Assembly (NCBI GenBank): GCA_965205025.1
Contig: CBDBFU010000028.1
Coordinates: 1-64,000, forward strand
Length of the DNA: 64,000 nt
From: Candidatus Poribacteria bacterium
Lineage (GTDB): Bacteria; Poribacteria; WGA-4E; WGA-3G
Direction: 5' to 3'
The position numbers were made by a program, and so were the translations under genes. The notes beneath the pieces were generated by a model that did not search any database, was not told where the DNA came from, and saw nothing but the letters and a program-made list of their open reading frames with translations. Numbering within the stretch: the first letter of the stretch is position 1; each line of letters starts with the position of its first letter. This document shows, piece after piece, positions 1 to 10,900 of this stretch.

Positions 1-34
1 ATTGTGAAATTATGATCAATATCCATCGTAGATT

Positions 35-1009
35 TCACCAATTTACACTGTAGTTTCTCTTTCCATTTTTTCCACCTAAGTTAAGGGTTACTAAAGTAAG
101 GAGTTGTGTCAAGCAGGCTGCAACGAAACTGAGTTGCACAAACCGGTTCAAAGTATCACGCTGTTTGAATTGATACGCATCAAATCCGAAGTGTTGTTTT
201 ACATCTCGGAAAGTTGTTTCTATTTGCCATCGGTTTTTATAGTGGCGGACAATGTCTATCACCGGGCAAGCTAAATCAGATGTGAACATACAAAAGTAGC
301 GATACGGTTTATTTTCTTTGGGCGTGTACGAATGACAACCAGTCGCACATCCTCGGCACACATCTTTGTTCGTACCACTTTGTCTGCGATCGAATGTGTT
401 TTTATTGTCTATCTTGGTATTGTCAAACTGTAAACGGGAAAGATTGATACGATTTCCATAGCGGAGGGGTCTCCCGCGTTTTGTTTTTTCGGTGTTGAGG
501 GTATCTGATAGAAAACAGCATTCCGAGCGCACCGAACTGATGTCCATCGTAGAACTTTGATTGATTATTGTTGCGTGCGTTATACGCAGCGTTTCTAAAC
601 AGATGTAGACCATATTGTTTGCGACCCGTTTTGATAGCGTGTGTTTCATCATAGATATAAACACCTTTGCCATAGATCGTTTGAACGAGTTGTGTCAGAA
701 TAGCAGAAACCTTATCAACACACCATTTGCCACGAGAAAGAAACTTCAACTGTGCCCAATACGACTTGTATTTTACACCGGATTGATACACATTAGATAC
801 TGTTGCGCGGGCGTATGGATTATTTATCAACCCTAAGACAAAGTTGCGAAAATGAGTAAAGTTATTGTGTTTGAAATGTACCATAAATTTTGATAACATA
901 TCATCTAAGCGGGAAAGAGGTTTCATTTGTTGATCCTTTCAAGTTATTTGTGTTTTTGAAAGGATAACCTCTTTTCCGCTTCTTGTCACTAAAATTGTCC
1001 AAACTATAG
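35..1009 (-). mobile_element. Decayed IS701-like/IS4-superfamily DDE insertion sequence; transposase frameshifted and apparently internally deleted
   Basis: ORF 423..926 has 'YIYDETHAIKTG'; ORF 35..673 has the DDE C-terminal signature 'HYKNRWQIETTFRDVKQHFGF'. Putative terminus AAAATTGTCCAAACTATAG ends at 1009 and is followed by TAA. Confidence 0.75.
907..981. promoter_or_regulatory. Long inverted repeat covering the transposase start codon and RBS
   Basis: AAGCGGGAAAGAGGTT (907-922) pairs with AACCTCTTTTCCGCTT (966-981), with inner arms ATCCTTTCAA/TTGAAAGGAT. The start codon (924-926) lies inside the structure. Confidence 0.6.
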
Positions 1010-1131
1010 TAAACCTTTAAGAGTATATTTTTTAATATGTGTGCGTTGTCCGTTAATTCATGTGAATTCTATTATACCATATTATGGTCAAAAAGTATTC
1101 ATCCAACATATATGAACCATTTAGAAGAATT

Positions 1132-1160
1132 TTGACAAAATTATTTTTTAATGTCATAAT
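1132..1160 (+). promoter_or_regulatory. Putative sigma70 promoter
   Basis: TTGACA-17bp-CATAAT upstream of CDS 1266. Confidence 0.5.
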
Positions 1161-1265
1161 TCTGAAATAGTCGTAATATAGGTGAGTTATTGTTCAATCA
1201 CAGCTACTATTCAAGACCGACTTCAGTGCTAAGTATGTAAACTTGGCATAAACGGGAAGGATGGA

Positions 1266-2441
1266 ATGAAAATGGAAGCGAAAGAATCACAAACGCAAGA
1301 AACTTATCGAGCTACAGCTTTTGCAGATTTTAATCCAGAGCATTCAGTACCTGGTGGAACACCAGAACGAATAGAACATTTGAAAGAACACGGATATGTC
1401 ATCATCAACGATTTTGTTGATAGTCCTTGGATACCAATTCTTCGTGAAGCAGGACGGCGTGTAACCGATGCATGTGCTCCTGAAAATAAATATGATGTCA
1501 TTGACTGTTCAAAAGGTTTTATTCATCGAACAGGAGAGGAACAACCGTGGGCACTCCGTGGGATTATACATCCGGCATTCGGAGAACCGAGTTTTAATGA
1601 ATTTCACGGTTCAACAGAGTTTTTAGATTTCGTTGCATCTTGGTGTCACGGACTTCAACCAGAAGATCTCACCTTCAGAGGTACACTTCTGTGGGCAAAT
1701 CCAAGAACTCATGAAAACAAGTTGGGGTGGCACAGAGATACAACTTGGTGGGGAACAGGTAAAGGTTACTTTGCTCAGAAAGAGGTGCGCGGAGATGGAC
1801 CAGAAGCATACTCCGAGGAAGTAGAACGTATTCGCTGGAAAGAAATCCAAGAGAATAACGAAAAGAGTATCAAAGAACGTAATGGCGTGAGTATGTTCTT
1901 GGCACTTACCGATGACGAATGCCATGAGATGATTCCAGGTAGTCACAACAGATGGCGAACACCTTATGAGCATGATGTGCTATTACCGCAGTCAATGAAA
2001 GATCAAGGTGTTCCATATACACCGAGTTGGAATGGGTCAGATCCGTTACCCGGTCAAGTCGCTATTCGGCTTAGAGCTGGAGAAGCATTAATTAGGAATG
2101 GAACAGCAATCCATACTGGTCACTGTGTACCTGAACGTGAAAGAAATACTCTGTCAATTGGCTGGTCAAAATGGGGTGGTGAGTCTACGGATGATCCCTC
2201 TGTAGCAGATGTCCGGCATGCATGGCAGCTTGATCCTGCTGTAAGGGAAGCCTTACCGCACGAATGGATGAAAATCGCATGGGATCGTTGGGCAGCTACA
2301 CAGAAACTCGGAGATACACTTGAAGATCGGTATGCAGGATTTGATATAAAACATATTAGATCTGGAATGGTACTTGGGTGGAGAGGTGAGTTAGAAAAGA
2401 AAGCAGCCTCAGAAGCCGAAGAAAACAAAGAAGAAGGTTAA
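1266..2441 (+). CDS. Phytanoyl-CoA dioxygenase (PhyH) family Fe(II)/2OG dioxygenase
   Basis: 'EHGYVIINDFV', HxD motif 'WHRD', 'IPGSH' and distal His 'IHTG'. Confidence 0.8.
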   Translation: MKMEAKESQTQETYRATAFADFNPEHSVPGGTPERIEHLKEHGYVIINDFVDSPWIPILREAGRRVTDACAPENKYDVIDCSKGFIHRTGEEQPWALRGIIHPAFGEPSFNEFHGSTEFLDFVASWCHGLQPEDLTFRGTLLWANPRTHENKLGWHRDTTWWGTGKGYFAQKEVRGDGPEAYSEEVERIRWKEIQENNEKSIKERNGVSMFLALTDDECHEMIPGSHNRWRTPYEHDVLLPQSMKDQGVPYTPSWNGSDPLPGQVAIRLRAGEALIRNGTAIHTGHCVPERERNTLSIGWSKWGGESTDDPSVADVRHAWQLDPAVREALPHEWMKIAWDRWAATQKLGDTLEDRYAGFDIKHIRSGMVLGWRGELEKKAASEAEENKEEG

Positions 2442-2451
2442 GACTAATTTT

Positions 2452-2480
2452 GGGTGGGTTTCTTAACCCACCCTTTTTCT
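2452..2480 (+). terminator. Rho-independent terminator
   Basis: GGGTGGGTT-TCTT-AACCCACCC followed by a T-run, between convergent genes. Confidence 0.75.
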
Positions 2481-2506
2481 TGTCAACTATGTATTATCAG
2501 ATTAAA

Positions 2507-3703
2507 TCAATTGTCACTTACAACCGATTGATAAATACCGACCAATTTTTCTCCGATATTTCGCCAATCGTAATCTTGTTCCACTCTTTTCCGTCCATTT
2601 TCACCAATTTCCTTTCGTAAGGACGGAATTGTAAGTAAATGGACGACCTCTTCAGCAAATGCGGTTGGTTCATCAGCAATGATAATTTCATCGCGATTGT
2701 GAAGTGATAAACCTTCTGCTCCAACAGTAGTAGAAACTACAGCTTTTCCCATTGCAAGTGCTTCCAATATTTTCAGACGTGTTCCACTACCAATCCTTAA
2801 TGGTACAACGAAAATTGTTGCTTCGTCGAAATAGGGTTTTATTTCTGGAACACGACCCGTAACTTCAATTCCTTCCACATTTGCTAATTGTTGGACCCGT
2901 TCAGATGGATTACCACCAACGATTGTAAATTTCACATCTGGCACACTTTTTTGGATTAATGGTAATATATCTTCAGCAAAGAAAGTCACAGCATCCTCAT
3001 TAGGGTACCAATCCATACTTCCTATATAGATGAGGTGTGCTATCGCTTGAGATGTAGTTTCAGGTGAGAAATGTGTAACATCTACACCGTTTGGAATTAT
3101 TACAACCCGATTTTCCGAACAATATTGAGAATACTCTGCGGCATCAATATCAGAAGTGCATGTTACAATATCGAACTTTGGACTTAATGTTCGTTCATAT
3201 CGTTTAAATGCCCTGAATTGGGTCCAATAAGCAAATTTATAAAACGGGTTCATTGTCTCCTGATGGAGTCTACCCCAGATTGCAGAATCTACATTTTGGA
3301 GAGAAAGTATACTGGGTAGGTCTGTTTCAGCATGAAATTGTGCGGTATGTAACATTTCATAATGGATAACATCATAGGTGTATGTATTCAAAAGTTCTCT
3401 AAATTTCTGTTTGTAAGCAGAAATATTATATCGGGTAACGGTAATTGGTTGTTTGTTTATGAGAGATAAAAGGATGGTACTGATTGAAACTTTCGGGGGA
3501 GTTGTATCATTTTCTACAAGATGAACATTGACTCCTAATTCTTGTATTTTATTAATATTTCCCTTGTCTGTGTCTTGTGTTTCCAAAGCTAATATAGAAA
3601 CATCATTATTGAGTGCAATCTGTTTTAGGAGGTTATATACTCGGATGCGACCACCATCGGTCAAAGGATACGGTACGGTAGGAGACAGAAAAAGGATCTT
3701 CAT
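2507..3703 (-). CDS. Glycosyltransferase family 4
   Basis: 'PYPLTDGGRIR' N-terminus, 'IPNGVD', 'GSGTRLKILEALAMGKAVVST...GAEG'. Confidence 0.9.
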   Translation of the reverse strand: MKILFLSPTVPYPLTDGGRIRVYNLLKQIALNNDVSILALETQDTDKGNINKIQELGVNVHLVENDTTPPKVSISTILLSLINKQPITVTRYNISAYKQKFRELLNTYTYDVIHYEMLHTAQFHAETDLPSILSLQNVDSAIWGRLHQETMNPFYKFAYWTQFRAFKRYERTLSPKFDIVTCTSDIDAAEYSQYCSENRVVIIPNGVDVTHFSPETTSQAIAHLIYIGSMDWYPNEDAVTFFAEDILPLIQKSVPDVKFTIVGGNPSERVQQLANVEGIEVTGRVPEIKPYFDEATIFVVPLRIGSGTRLKILEALAMGKAVVSTTVGAEGLSLHNRDEIIIADEPTAFAEEVVHLLTIPSLRKEIGENGRKRVEQDYDWRNIGEKLVGIYQSVVSDN

Positions 3704-3793
3704 GTGTCTAACCTTATCACATCAACTTATGTAAGTTCCTGTCCTGTATTGTGCGTGAGTAATTCAGATACTTAGAGGTGAAGTTCTATTGGA

Positions 3794-4888
3794 CTATAAT
3801 TCCTGTGATTCAGTCTCATTAGAATTACCCACCATATCTTTTATCTGACCAAAAAGTGTAATTAACTTCACCCTTAATTCCTGTCGTGAACTTAACCCAG
3901 GGTTCGGGAGGTACGTGAATAGTACCAGTAATTCGTTGTACCCAACCTTTTAGATTGTCATTAACCCGTACAAGGAGCCATGCACTATCAAGATCAAGAT
4001 AAACCTTAAGGGAATTCTCCTCATTATGAATTCGATAAATTTGTTTATCATCAGTAATTTTCCATTTTAATTCCGATTTCTTCAGTACTTAATATGGCAT
4101 TAGGGGACAATGGAGCTTTTAGATCTGAAAAACCTTGCCGTATTTCGGATGTTAATTCCCCTTTATCTAATGTGTCTAATGATGCTAAATCAACTTTGAA
4201 TAGATATGTCTGAATAGGGTATTTTGATTGTTGAAATACATCAATTCTGTTCTTATTATATCTTATTTCATAAACTTGAGTCGTATCCCTATCATTGATC
4301 AACCACTGTTTTCCAATCTCTTCTATGGAGAATACAATATTTTCCGAGAGAGTAATTTTGTTATTGTTAAATTCCTCTCTCAAATCTGGAAGATAAACAT
4401 CTAATTGATTATCAACTTTCTCAATAATATAACTTGCACCTGTTGTATCAGTTAGTATCCAATCTCTCCCACTTAAGATAACCTTAATGGTAGGTTTACC
4501 TGTACTAAACTTCATATCAGGAGCGGATTTTTGGAAAGTTTTTCTTCCAGTCAAATGTTGTCTGCAATTCATTATCTAAGAGCTTTGCGCTAAAATTTGT
4601 CCTTTGCCCCAAAGCAATACTAAACAGAAATTCTCTACTGAGGATTCCACTGTTTAAATTACTAAGATGTTGTCGATCAATACTGAAAATGAATACATCT
4701 TTTGTATATAAAATTGGTCTGGAATTAACAGTAGGTCTACCACGGAGAGCAGTACGTTTATGTACTTGTAATTTTGCATCTCCCACTTTAGGAATAGCTG
4801 GTGCATTCAGAATATAAACAACCCCGCAAAACCCAACAATAATGAGAATGAAAATTATCCAGATAAGACCTTTAAGTAAAGATTTCAT
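3794..4888 (-). pseudogene. Membrane-anchored SH3b-like protein with inserted ~65-aa repeats; split by 2-3 frameshifts (possibly sequencing errors)
   Basis: N-terminal TM and 'ALRGRPTVNSRPI' (SH3b start) in ORF 4517..4888. ORF 4051..4572 continues it, and a third frame reads 'KWKITDDKQIYRI...AWLLVRVNDNLKGWV' (SH3b end). Confidence 0.5.
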
Positions 4889-5038
4889 TGTTAATAATTG
4901 TAGATCAGTAATTGCATTCGTTTCAAGCTATTAATCAAAATTGGTTGACATAAAGTATATAGGTGAACACAATTACTATAACTTTATGACAGTTCCAATT
5001 TGAAACCTACGTAGCTTTTAGTATACACAGATTTAAAA

Positions 5039-6334
5039 ATGATGCAACCCTTAAACCCTATCGCTGAAGAGTTAAATCAAAATATACAAAGGACATCCCC
5101 AATTGTATATTCATTGCTTTCCGATTTCGGTAAACGTATATATCTTCCTAAAGGCATACTTAGTCAAAGTGCGGAAGCTCAAGAAAGAGCATATCAATTA
5201 AATGCGACTCGAGCCATTGCACTAAAAGATGACCATGTGATGCATCTTGATGTTTCACGTCAACTAATCCCTAATCTTTCCGCTGGTAGTATTTTTGCAT
5301 ATCCTCCAATACTTGGAAATACAGAATTACGTACTGCATGGCAGACTCATCTAAAAAAGGAAAACCCCCTTCTTAGAAATATAAAAATCAACTTGCCAAT
5401 TATAACCAGTGGAATGACCCAAGGGTTTAGTTTACTTGCGGATTTATTTGTTAATAGTGGAGATAGGTTGATTCTCCCGGATATGATTTGGGGCAATTAC
5501 AAACTTCTGTTTGAGACGAAAATGGGTGCAGAAATACAAACCTATCGATTTTTCAATAGTGATAAACAGTTTAATATCAATGGTTTTATACATACACTTT
5601 CAGATAAAGGACACGAAAAACTCCTGATCTTACTTAATTTTCCACATAATCCAACAGGCTATACAATTAACCATTCGGAAGCGAGGGAAATTGTTGATGC
5701 AATTATTGATTGTGCTGATTCAGGTTGTCATATTCTTGTAATGGTAGACGATGCCTATGCGGGATTTTGGTATGACTCTGATGTAATGCAGGAATCCATT
5801 TTTGGATTATTGATTGGATGCCATCCAAATGTGATACCAGTTAAAATTGATGGAGCAACTAAGGAAGAATATGCTTGGGGATTACGTGTCGGATTTCTCA
5901 CTTTTGCATTCGAAGATGAGCTAATGATTGGAATAGAAGAAAAACTAAGTGGTATTATCCGAACAAATACATCTGGCGCTGCACAACTTTCACAATCAGT
6001 AATTCTTGAGTCAATGAAGACAACTGGTTATGAAGAACAAAAACAACGAAATTATGAAATCCTCAAAGCACGTGCCGAGAAAGCAAAACAGATTGTAACT
6101 GATGAAAAATATGCGGATCTATGGGAAGTCTACCCAAGCCATGCAGGATATTTTATCTGTTTGTCACTAAATTCAGGGAATGCCGAAAATGTCCGCCAAA
6201 CACTTCTTAATGAATACGGGATTGGAACGATTGCACTTGGTGAACAGGATCTTCGTATTGCTTATTCATGTTTGGAAGAAGACGAGATTGAAGTAGTTAT
6301 TAGTGCGATTGCACAGGTGATACAATCGCACTAA
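5039..6334 (+). CDS. PLP-dependent aminotransferase class I/II
   Basis: 'LNFPHNPTG', 'DDAY', PLP lysine motif 'GATKEEYAWGLRVG'. Confidence 0.9.
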   Translation: MMQPLNPIAEELNQNIQRTSPIVYSLLSDFGKRIYLPKGILSQSAEAQERAYQLNATRAIALKDDHVMHLDVSRQLIPNLSAGSIFAYPPILGNTELRTAWQTHLKKENPLLRNIKINLPIITSGMTQGFSLLADLFVNSGDRLILPDMIWGNYKLLFETKMGAEIQTYRFFNSDKQFNINGFIHTLSDKGHEKLLILLNFPHNPTGYTINHSEAREIVDAIIDCADSGCHILVMVDDAYAGFWYDSDVMQESIFGLLIGCHPNVIPVKIDGATKEEYAWGLRVGFLTFAFEDELMIGIEEKLSGIIRTNTSGAAQLSQSVILESMKTTGYEEQKQRNYEILKARAEKAKQIVTDEKYADLWEVYPSHAGYFICLSLNSGNAENVRQTLLNEYGIGTIALGEQDLRIAYSCLEEDEIEVVISAIAQVIQSH

Positions 6335-6371
6335 CATTAGTGCGTTTGTGTAATCTTAAAATTGAGAACTT

Positions 6372-7006
6372 TTACTGTACAGTCTTTAGATTTCCCCATG
6401 TTGTAGCGATTTTACCGCGTGGTTCAACAGGGAGTGTGCCAATAGTATAACGGAAGTAGATATCGTCTTCTACATCATTTGGTCCACACCAGACCCAATG
6501 TGCTTCACAATCTGGATCTTTCAGAAACTGACGCATAGCAGCTGCACCAAATCCCCATATTCCACCACCAAATTTCTCATATACCTCAAGTTCATCCTCC
6601 CACTTACTATCATCAAAATTAATCTTTTCCCATCCATCGTTACGTTGCGCTAAAAGTTTACCAGTATCACACCGCCAACCATCTTCGCCTGTACCGATGT
6701 ATTTGGGTTTATCGTCAAGGATAATATCCGCGAGAAACCCACCTTTTCCGGCAGCACCAGGTTCAGCATCATGGACATAAACAGCGATTACTGCAAACCC
6801 ATCGTCAAGTGTGAAATCGCTAACAGTGACTTGCTGCCAGTTGTTACTTTCAGCAACTTTTTCTCCATTCACAAAAGCAACCCAAGTATTATCGCCACTA
6901 ACACGTAATGTTCCGTTCCTGGGAGCAGAATTTGCTGTATGAATAAAGAATAGATTACATAAGAAATACCCACAAAAATTGTATACATATAAAAACGTAT
7001 GTTCAT
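6372..7006 (-). CDS. Secreted beta-sandwich (lectin/galactose-binding-like) protein with C-terminal VEPRGKIATTWGNLK tail; probable 1-nt frameshift near 6965 in the signal peptide
   Basis: ORF 6372..6872 extends upstream in frame ('GTLRVSGDNTWVAFVNGEKV'). An ATG with GGAGG RBS at 7006 lies in an adjacent frame. Confidence 0.6.
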
Positions 7007-7055
7007 AAAACCCTCCATGTTGTTATGTTATTATATTTCTTTTATATTCTCTACA

Positions 7056-7832
7056 TTAGAAGAGTGAAGGAAAATGTCGGTGTGGATCTGCTGGTTCATG
7101 GAAGAGGATCTTCTGACGATCAGTTAATTCTATATCTTCTGGTTGTGCTACCCGTCGAGAAGTCCACGCCATATGTGAGACGCAATATTTATATAGGAGT
7201 GATCTTCGTTGATGTTTTCCATTCCATGCAGCTGTTCCGTGTGTAAGTGCTTCACTAAATAAGATAGCAGAACCGGCAGGAGCATTTGGTATTATAACAC
7301 AAGGTGACTGTTCTGGTTCGACAGCAATTTCATGTGGTAATCTATAATTACTCTTATGACTCCCGGGAATGCAACAAAATCCACCATAATCAGGACCTGT
7401 ATCTGCTAAATTCCATGTTACCACAACAAATCCGTTATGAATCTCATTATCTTTGAATGGGAAATATTCTCCTGGTTTAGTATGTGAGTTAGGAGATGAC
7501 GCCCCATAGTCTGAATGTAACCCACCTCTTGGCATTCCATCACGCATATACATTCCGTATATCCTATCCAATCGAAAACAATCCCCTAACCGGAATCGTA
7601 GTATATCCATGATTGTAGGATTATCAAGTAGGTTACAGAATGATTTTCCCCATTGAAGAAATCCAGGACCGTCTGGTGCACTTCCGAATCTTTGTACTTT
7701 TCCAGGTTCAGGTAGTTCTTGTTCATCAATTCGTTTATTGAGTTCTGCAACCTCATCTGAATTTAATACATCCTCAACAACTAAATAACCTTGAACATCA
7801 AAGAGGTATTGCAGAGTCTGTAGATCGTACAT
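7056..7832 (-). CDS. PhyH family dioxygenase
   Basis: 'QGYLVVEDVL', 'LHSD', 'IPGSHK', 'ALTHGT'. Confidence 0.85.
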   Translation of the reverse strand: MYDLQTLQYLFDVQGYLVVEDVLNSDEVAELNKRIDEQELPEPGKVQRFGSAPDGPGFLQWGKSFCNLLDNPTIMDILRFRLGDCFRLDRIYGMYMRDGMPRGGLHSDYGASSPNSHTKPGEYFPFKDNEIHNGFVVVTWNLADTGPDYGGFCCIPGSHKSNYRLPHEIAVEPEQSPCVIIPNAPAGSAILFSEALTHGTAAWNGKHQRRSLLYKYCVSHMAWTSRRVAQPEDIELTDRQKILFHEPADPHRHFPSLF

Positions 7833-7890
7833 AAATTACTCCTGTTGGCAGGAAAGTATTTATTGGTTAATTAATACCATTAACTATACA

Positions 7891-8778
7891 TTATCTTTTT
7901 AATGCTAATTTCCCAGCAAGATCTGTTATAAATTGATATGCGACTCGACCGGAACGTCCACTTGATGATGCTTCCCATTCCAAAGCTGCTCGGTGTAATT
8001 CTGATATAGGAATAGTAAGTCCCCGTTTATGTGCATAGTGGGATACAATTTTCAAATATATATTTTGGGGAATACGATAAAAAGCAAGCCGTAATCCGAA
8101 ACGATCGCTCAACGATACTTTCTCTTCGGTTGATTCTCTGGGATATAACTCATCCTCATCGTCTAATGGAAACTTATTCTCATTTACTTGCCGTGGCATC
8201 AGATGTCGTCGATTTGATGTGGCATATATTAGTAGATTCTCTGGTTGTGCTGAAATCCCACCCTCCAACATTGCTTTTAGTTCACGATATTCTGGATCAT
8301 CTTCGTTAAATGCTAAATCATCACAGAACAAAATATACTTTTCAGTTCGTTCCCACACTAATTCTGTAATTTCTGGTAGGTGGATAAGTCCTTCTTTTCC
8401 AACACTAATCAAACGTAGTCCATCATCAGCATATAGCATTAGCATTGACTTCACTAAAGAGGATTTCCCTGTGCCTCGGTCTCCCCATAATAGGACATGA
8501 TTAGCAGGAGCATTATTTATAAATTGGCGTGTATTTCTATCTAATGTATCACGTTGTGTGTCAATCCCGATTAAATCCATAGGATCGATGAGATCAGGAT
8601 GTTTAATGGGAATAATTCGTCCAGTATCATTTTGTTGTCGCCACTGAAAAGCGATATAATCATCAAGGATATCATTAGATGATTGGGTGTTCTCTACTTT
8701 TAACCGAGATAGTAGATTATCAACCTTTTCAAGTAATTGTAAGAATAATTCTTCTTGATTTCGAGGTATATCGGACAT
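7891..8778 (-). CDS. DUF815-family AAA+ ATPase
   Basis: Walker A 'GDRGTGKSS', 'LFCDDL', 'YATSNRRHL', 'EEKVSLSDRFGL', 'RSGRVA'. Confidence 0.9.
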   Translation of the reverse strand: MSDIPRNQEELFLQLLEKVDNLLSRLKVENTQSSNDILDDYIAFQWRQQNDTGRIIPIKHPDLIDPMDLIGIDTQRDTLDRNTRQFINNAPANHVLLWGDRGTGKSSLVKSMLMLYADDGLRLISVGKEGLIHLPEITELVWERTEKYILFCDDLAFNEDDPEYRELKAMLEGGISAQPENLLIYATSNRRHLMPRQVNENKFPLDDEDELYPRESTEEKVSLSDRFGLRLAFYRIPQNIYLKIVSHYAHKRGLTIPISELHRAALEWEASSSGRSGRVAYQFITDLAGKLALKR

Positions 8779-8799
8779 TCTTATTGCGTAATTTACCAG

Positions 8800-9603
8800 T
8801 TATTGTTTAAGTTGCTTCAACAGTCCCCATTTGGTCGTTAATTTACCGGTTGAACTAACATCAAGAGGACCTTCAAACTTTAGTGTTCCCAAATTCGCAG
8901 ATTCGTCAGGATTCAATCCAAACCAATCCATAAAGACTATTGCAGCTTTCTTTTCTGGATTTGCAGTCCCTTCTTCATAACCTGGGGTAAATCCTACTTC
9001 AGATCCTATTTTGATTTGCTCTTTAGTTATCCAAGCGAATGGCATTGCTACTTCGTAAATCATACCGCCCTTTCCTAATTCAGGTGTTGGTTCAATAGCA
9101 ATATCAGAATTTGGTAAATCAGGATTCTTCTGTGCACTATAGTCAGACACAAGTGCTTTATTATTTATTCGTGCAAAATTAGGTTTAAATACTGGTACTC
9201 CAGCACCAATTTTTTCCCAATCAATATACAAGAAAATGGTATCACCTTCCCATGGCGAACCGGGATTCGCAGCTGGACTAAAGATATCATCCCGAATTGC
9301 AGCCGCAAAATAGAAGTTTTTATCATCATACATTGTGGACCATGTCATGGTCAGGTCATCTTTACCTTTCCATGCACCTTTACCTCGAAGAAGCTCCTTC
9401 TCGGAATCAAAAGAGACCCAAACAGCATACTGCCAATCATTGAGTTTTCCATCAATTTTGGGTGTATTCGGGGGTATACCAGCAATAGACTCTCCATATT
9501 TCAATCCAAAGGCATCACTATTGTCTTCTGGTAAGAATTCACTGTTTGCAGAATAAGTTAAAACTAATGTTATTGCCACAAATATAAATATTGATTTATT
9601 CAT
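8800..9603 (-). CDS. Secreted CBM9/DOMON-like sugar-binding protein with C-terminal VSSTGKLTTKWGLLK tail
   Basis: Signal peptide; 'PKIDGKLNDW', 'YDDKNFYFAAAIRDD', 'WEGDTI', 'YEVAMPF'. Confidence 0.75.
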   Translation of the reverse strand: MNKSIFIFVAITLVLTYSANSEFLPEDNSDAFGLKYGESIAGIPPNTPKIDGKLNDWQYAVWVSFDSEKELLRGKGAWKGKDDLTMTWSTMYDDKNFYFAAAIRDDIFSPAANPGSPWEGDTIFLYIDWEKIGAGVPVFKPNFARINNKALVSDYSAQKNPDLPNSDIAIEPTPELGKGGMIYEVAMPFAWITKEQIKIGSEVGFTPGYEEGTANPEKKAAIVFMDWFGLNPDESANLGTLKFEGPLDVSSTGKLTTKWGLLKQLKQ

Positions 9604-9714
9604 TTAGATCACCTTAGAGGATAGAATATTTATTTGGAAATGGTTTAAAAGTGAACTTACAATATTAGATGTTAGTTTCTATGAACTTAGTATTAGAGTT
9701 GCAGATACTTCAAA

Positions 9715-9912
9715 TTATTCAGTCCGATTGAAGATTTGTTTTAACCATTGTTCTATATCTGGATCCTTTAAAATTTCCTTTAGTGCCCATTTCAATCCCC
9801 ATCGTATACCCCATGCGACACCTACAGCCAACATGACAACAACTAAGATAATACCGGAAATATATAAGAATATAATGAAAAGTATTTCAGCAAAAGATGG
9901 ACCGGCGAACAT
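9715..9912 (-). CDS. Small single-pass membrane protein
   Basis: AAGGAG RBS before the ATG; hydrophobic helix followed by an amphipathic tail. Confidence 0.6.
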   Translation of the reverse strand: MFAGPSFAEILFIIFLYISGIILVVVMLAVGVAWGIRWGLKWALKEILKDPDIEQWLKQIFNRTE

Positions 9913-10244
9913 TTTTTATTCTCCTTAGGAAGTCATACAGACTAATTCTAAACTAACTTTTGCCTGAAGTATATCATTTATTATATGTGTCGTCAAACAT
10001 AATAGGTTAGTTTATGTAGGTTCTATTATTCAATAATGGAAAAAGAGAATATATAGATTCATTAATAATTTGATATGATATCTTTTGAATGTTATACTTA
10101 TGAAATCTACATACATTTCACTCAAGTATATTTAAACACTAAGAATTCTTTATTTTATGTAACGTAAATTCGTATGTTCTCGTATTTACTATGACGAGAC
10201 TAATATCCTGCTCTTTTTATAAAGGAGGACAAGGAGGTCCACTG

Positions 10245-10862
10245 ATGGCGCGTCAAGCGAAGAATGACCTATCCGCAACCGAAGATACTTATTTAGCTAC
10301 TCAAGCCCAACAAGGTGATGAAGCTGCGTTTAGTCAGTTATTCGATAAACACTATAACTGGGTCTATAGTAAAGCCTATCGGATGCTCGGAGACCATCAA
10401 GATACGGAAGAAGTTAGTCTGGATATATTTACAAAAGTCTGGCAGAAGTTGGATAAAGGTAAATGGGATCCTGCAAAGGGTAGTTTCCAAGCGTGGTTAA
10501 ATATAGTAGCAAAAAACACCATAATTGATGCTATTCGTAAAAGGGATCGGATCCGTGAATCGCTTCTTACACTTGAAGAACAGGACGATCTTCCACTCAA
10601 TGAATACGAAGATGGACGTCCTGGTCCTGATAAGCATATAATTGCCAGAGAAGCCCAAGAAATATTAGAGAATGCTCTTGAACAAGTCACTAAACCGAAT
10701 CATCGTATTGCCTGGATATTACGACATTTAGAAGGATGTAGTGTAGCAGAAATATCTCGAATACTTAATCGAAAAGATGGTACAGTGAAGATTTGGATTT
10801 TTCGGTGTACCCAAGAATTACGACAAATTCTTGTCAATAAAGGTATAAGTTGGATACAATAA
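10245..10862 (+). CDS. ECF-type RNA polymerase sigma factor
   Basis: 'QQGDEAAFSQLF', 'FQAWLNIVAKN', region 4 'SVAEISRILNRKDGTVKIWIFR'; AGGAGG RBS before ATG 10245. Confidence 0.9.
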   Translation: MARQAKNDLSATEDTYLATQAQQGDEAAFSQLFDKHYNWVYSKAYRMLGDHQDTEEVSLDIFTKVWQKLDKGKWDPAKGSFQAWLNIVAKNTIIDAIRKRDRIRESLLTLEEQDDLPLNEYEDGRPGPDKHIIAREAQEILENALEQVTKPNHRIAWILRHLEGCSVAEISRILNRKDGTVKIWIFRCTQELRQILVNKGISWIQ

Positions 10863-10900
10863 TCATATTCAACAAATTGGTAAACTTGGAGGAATAACGA

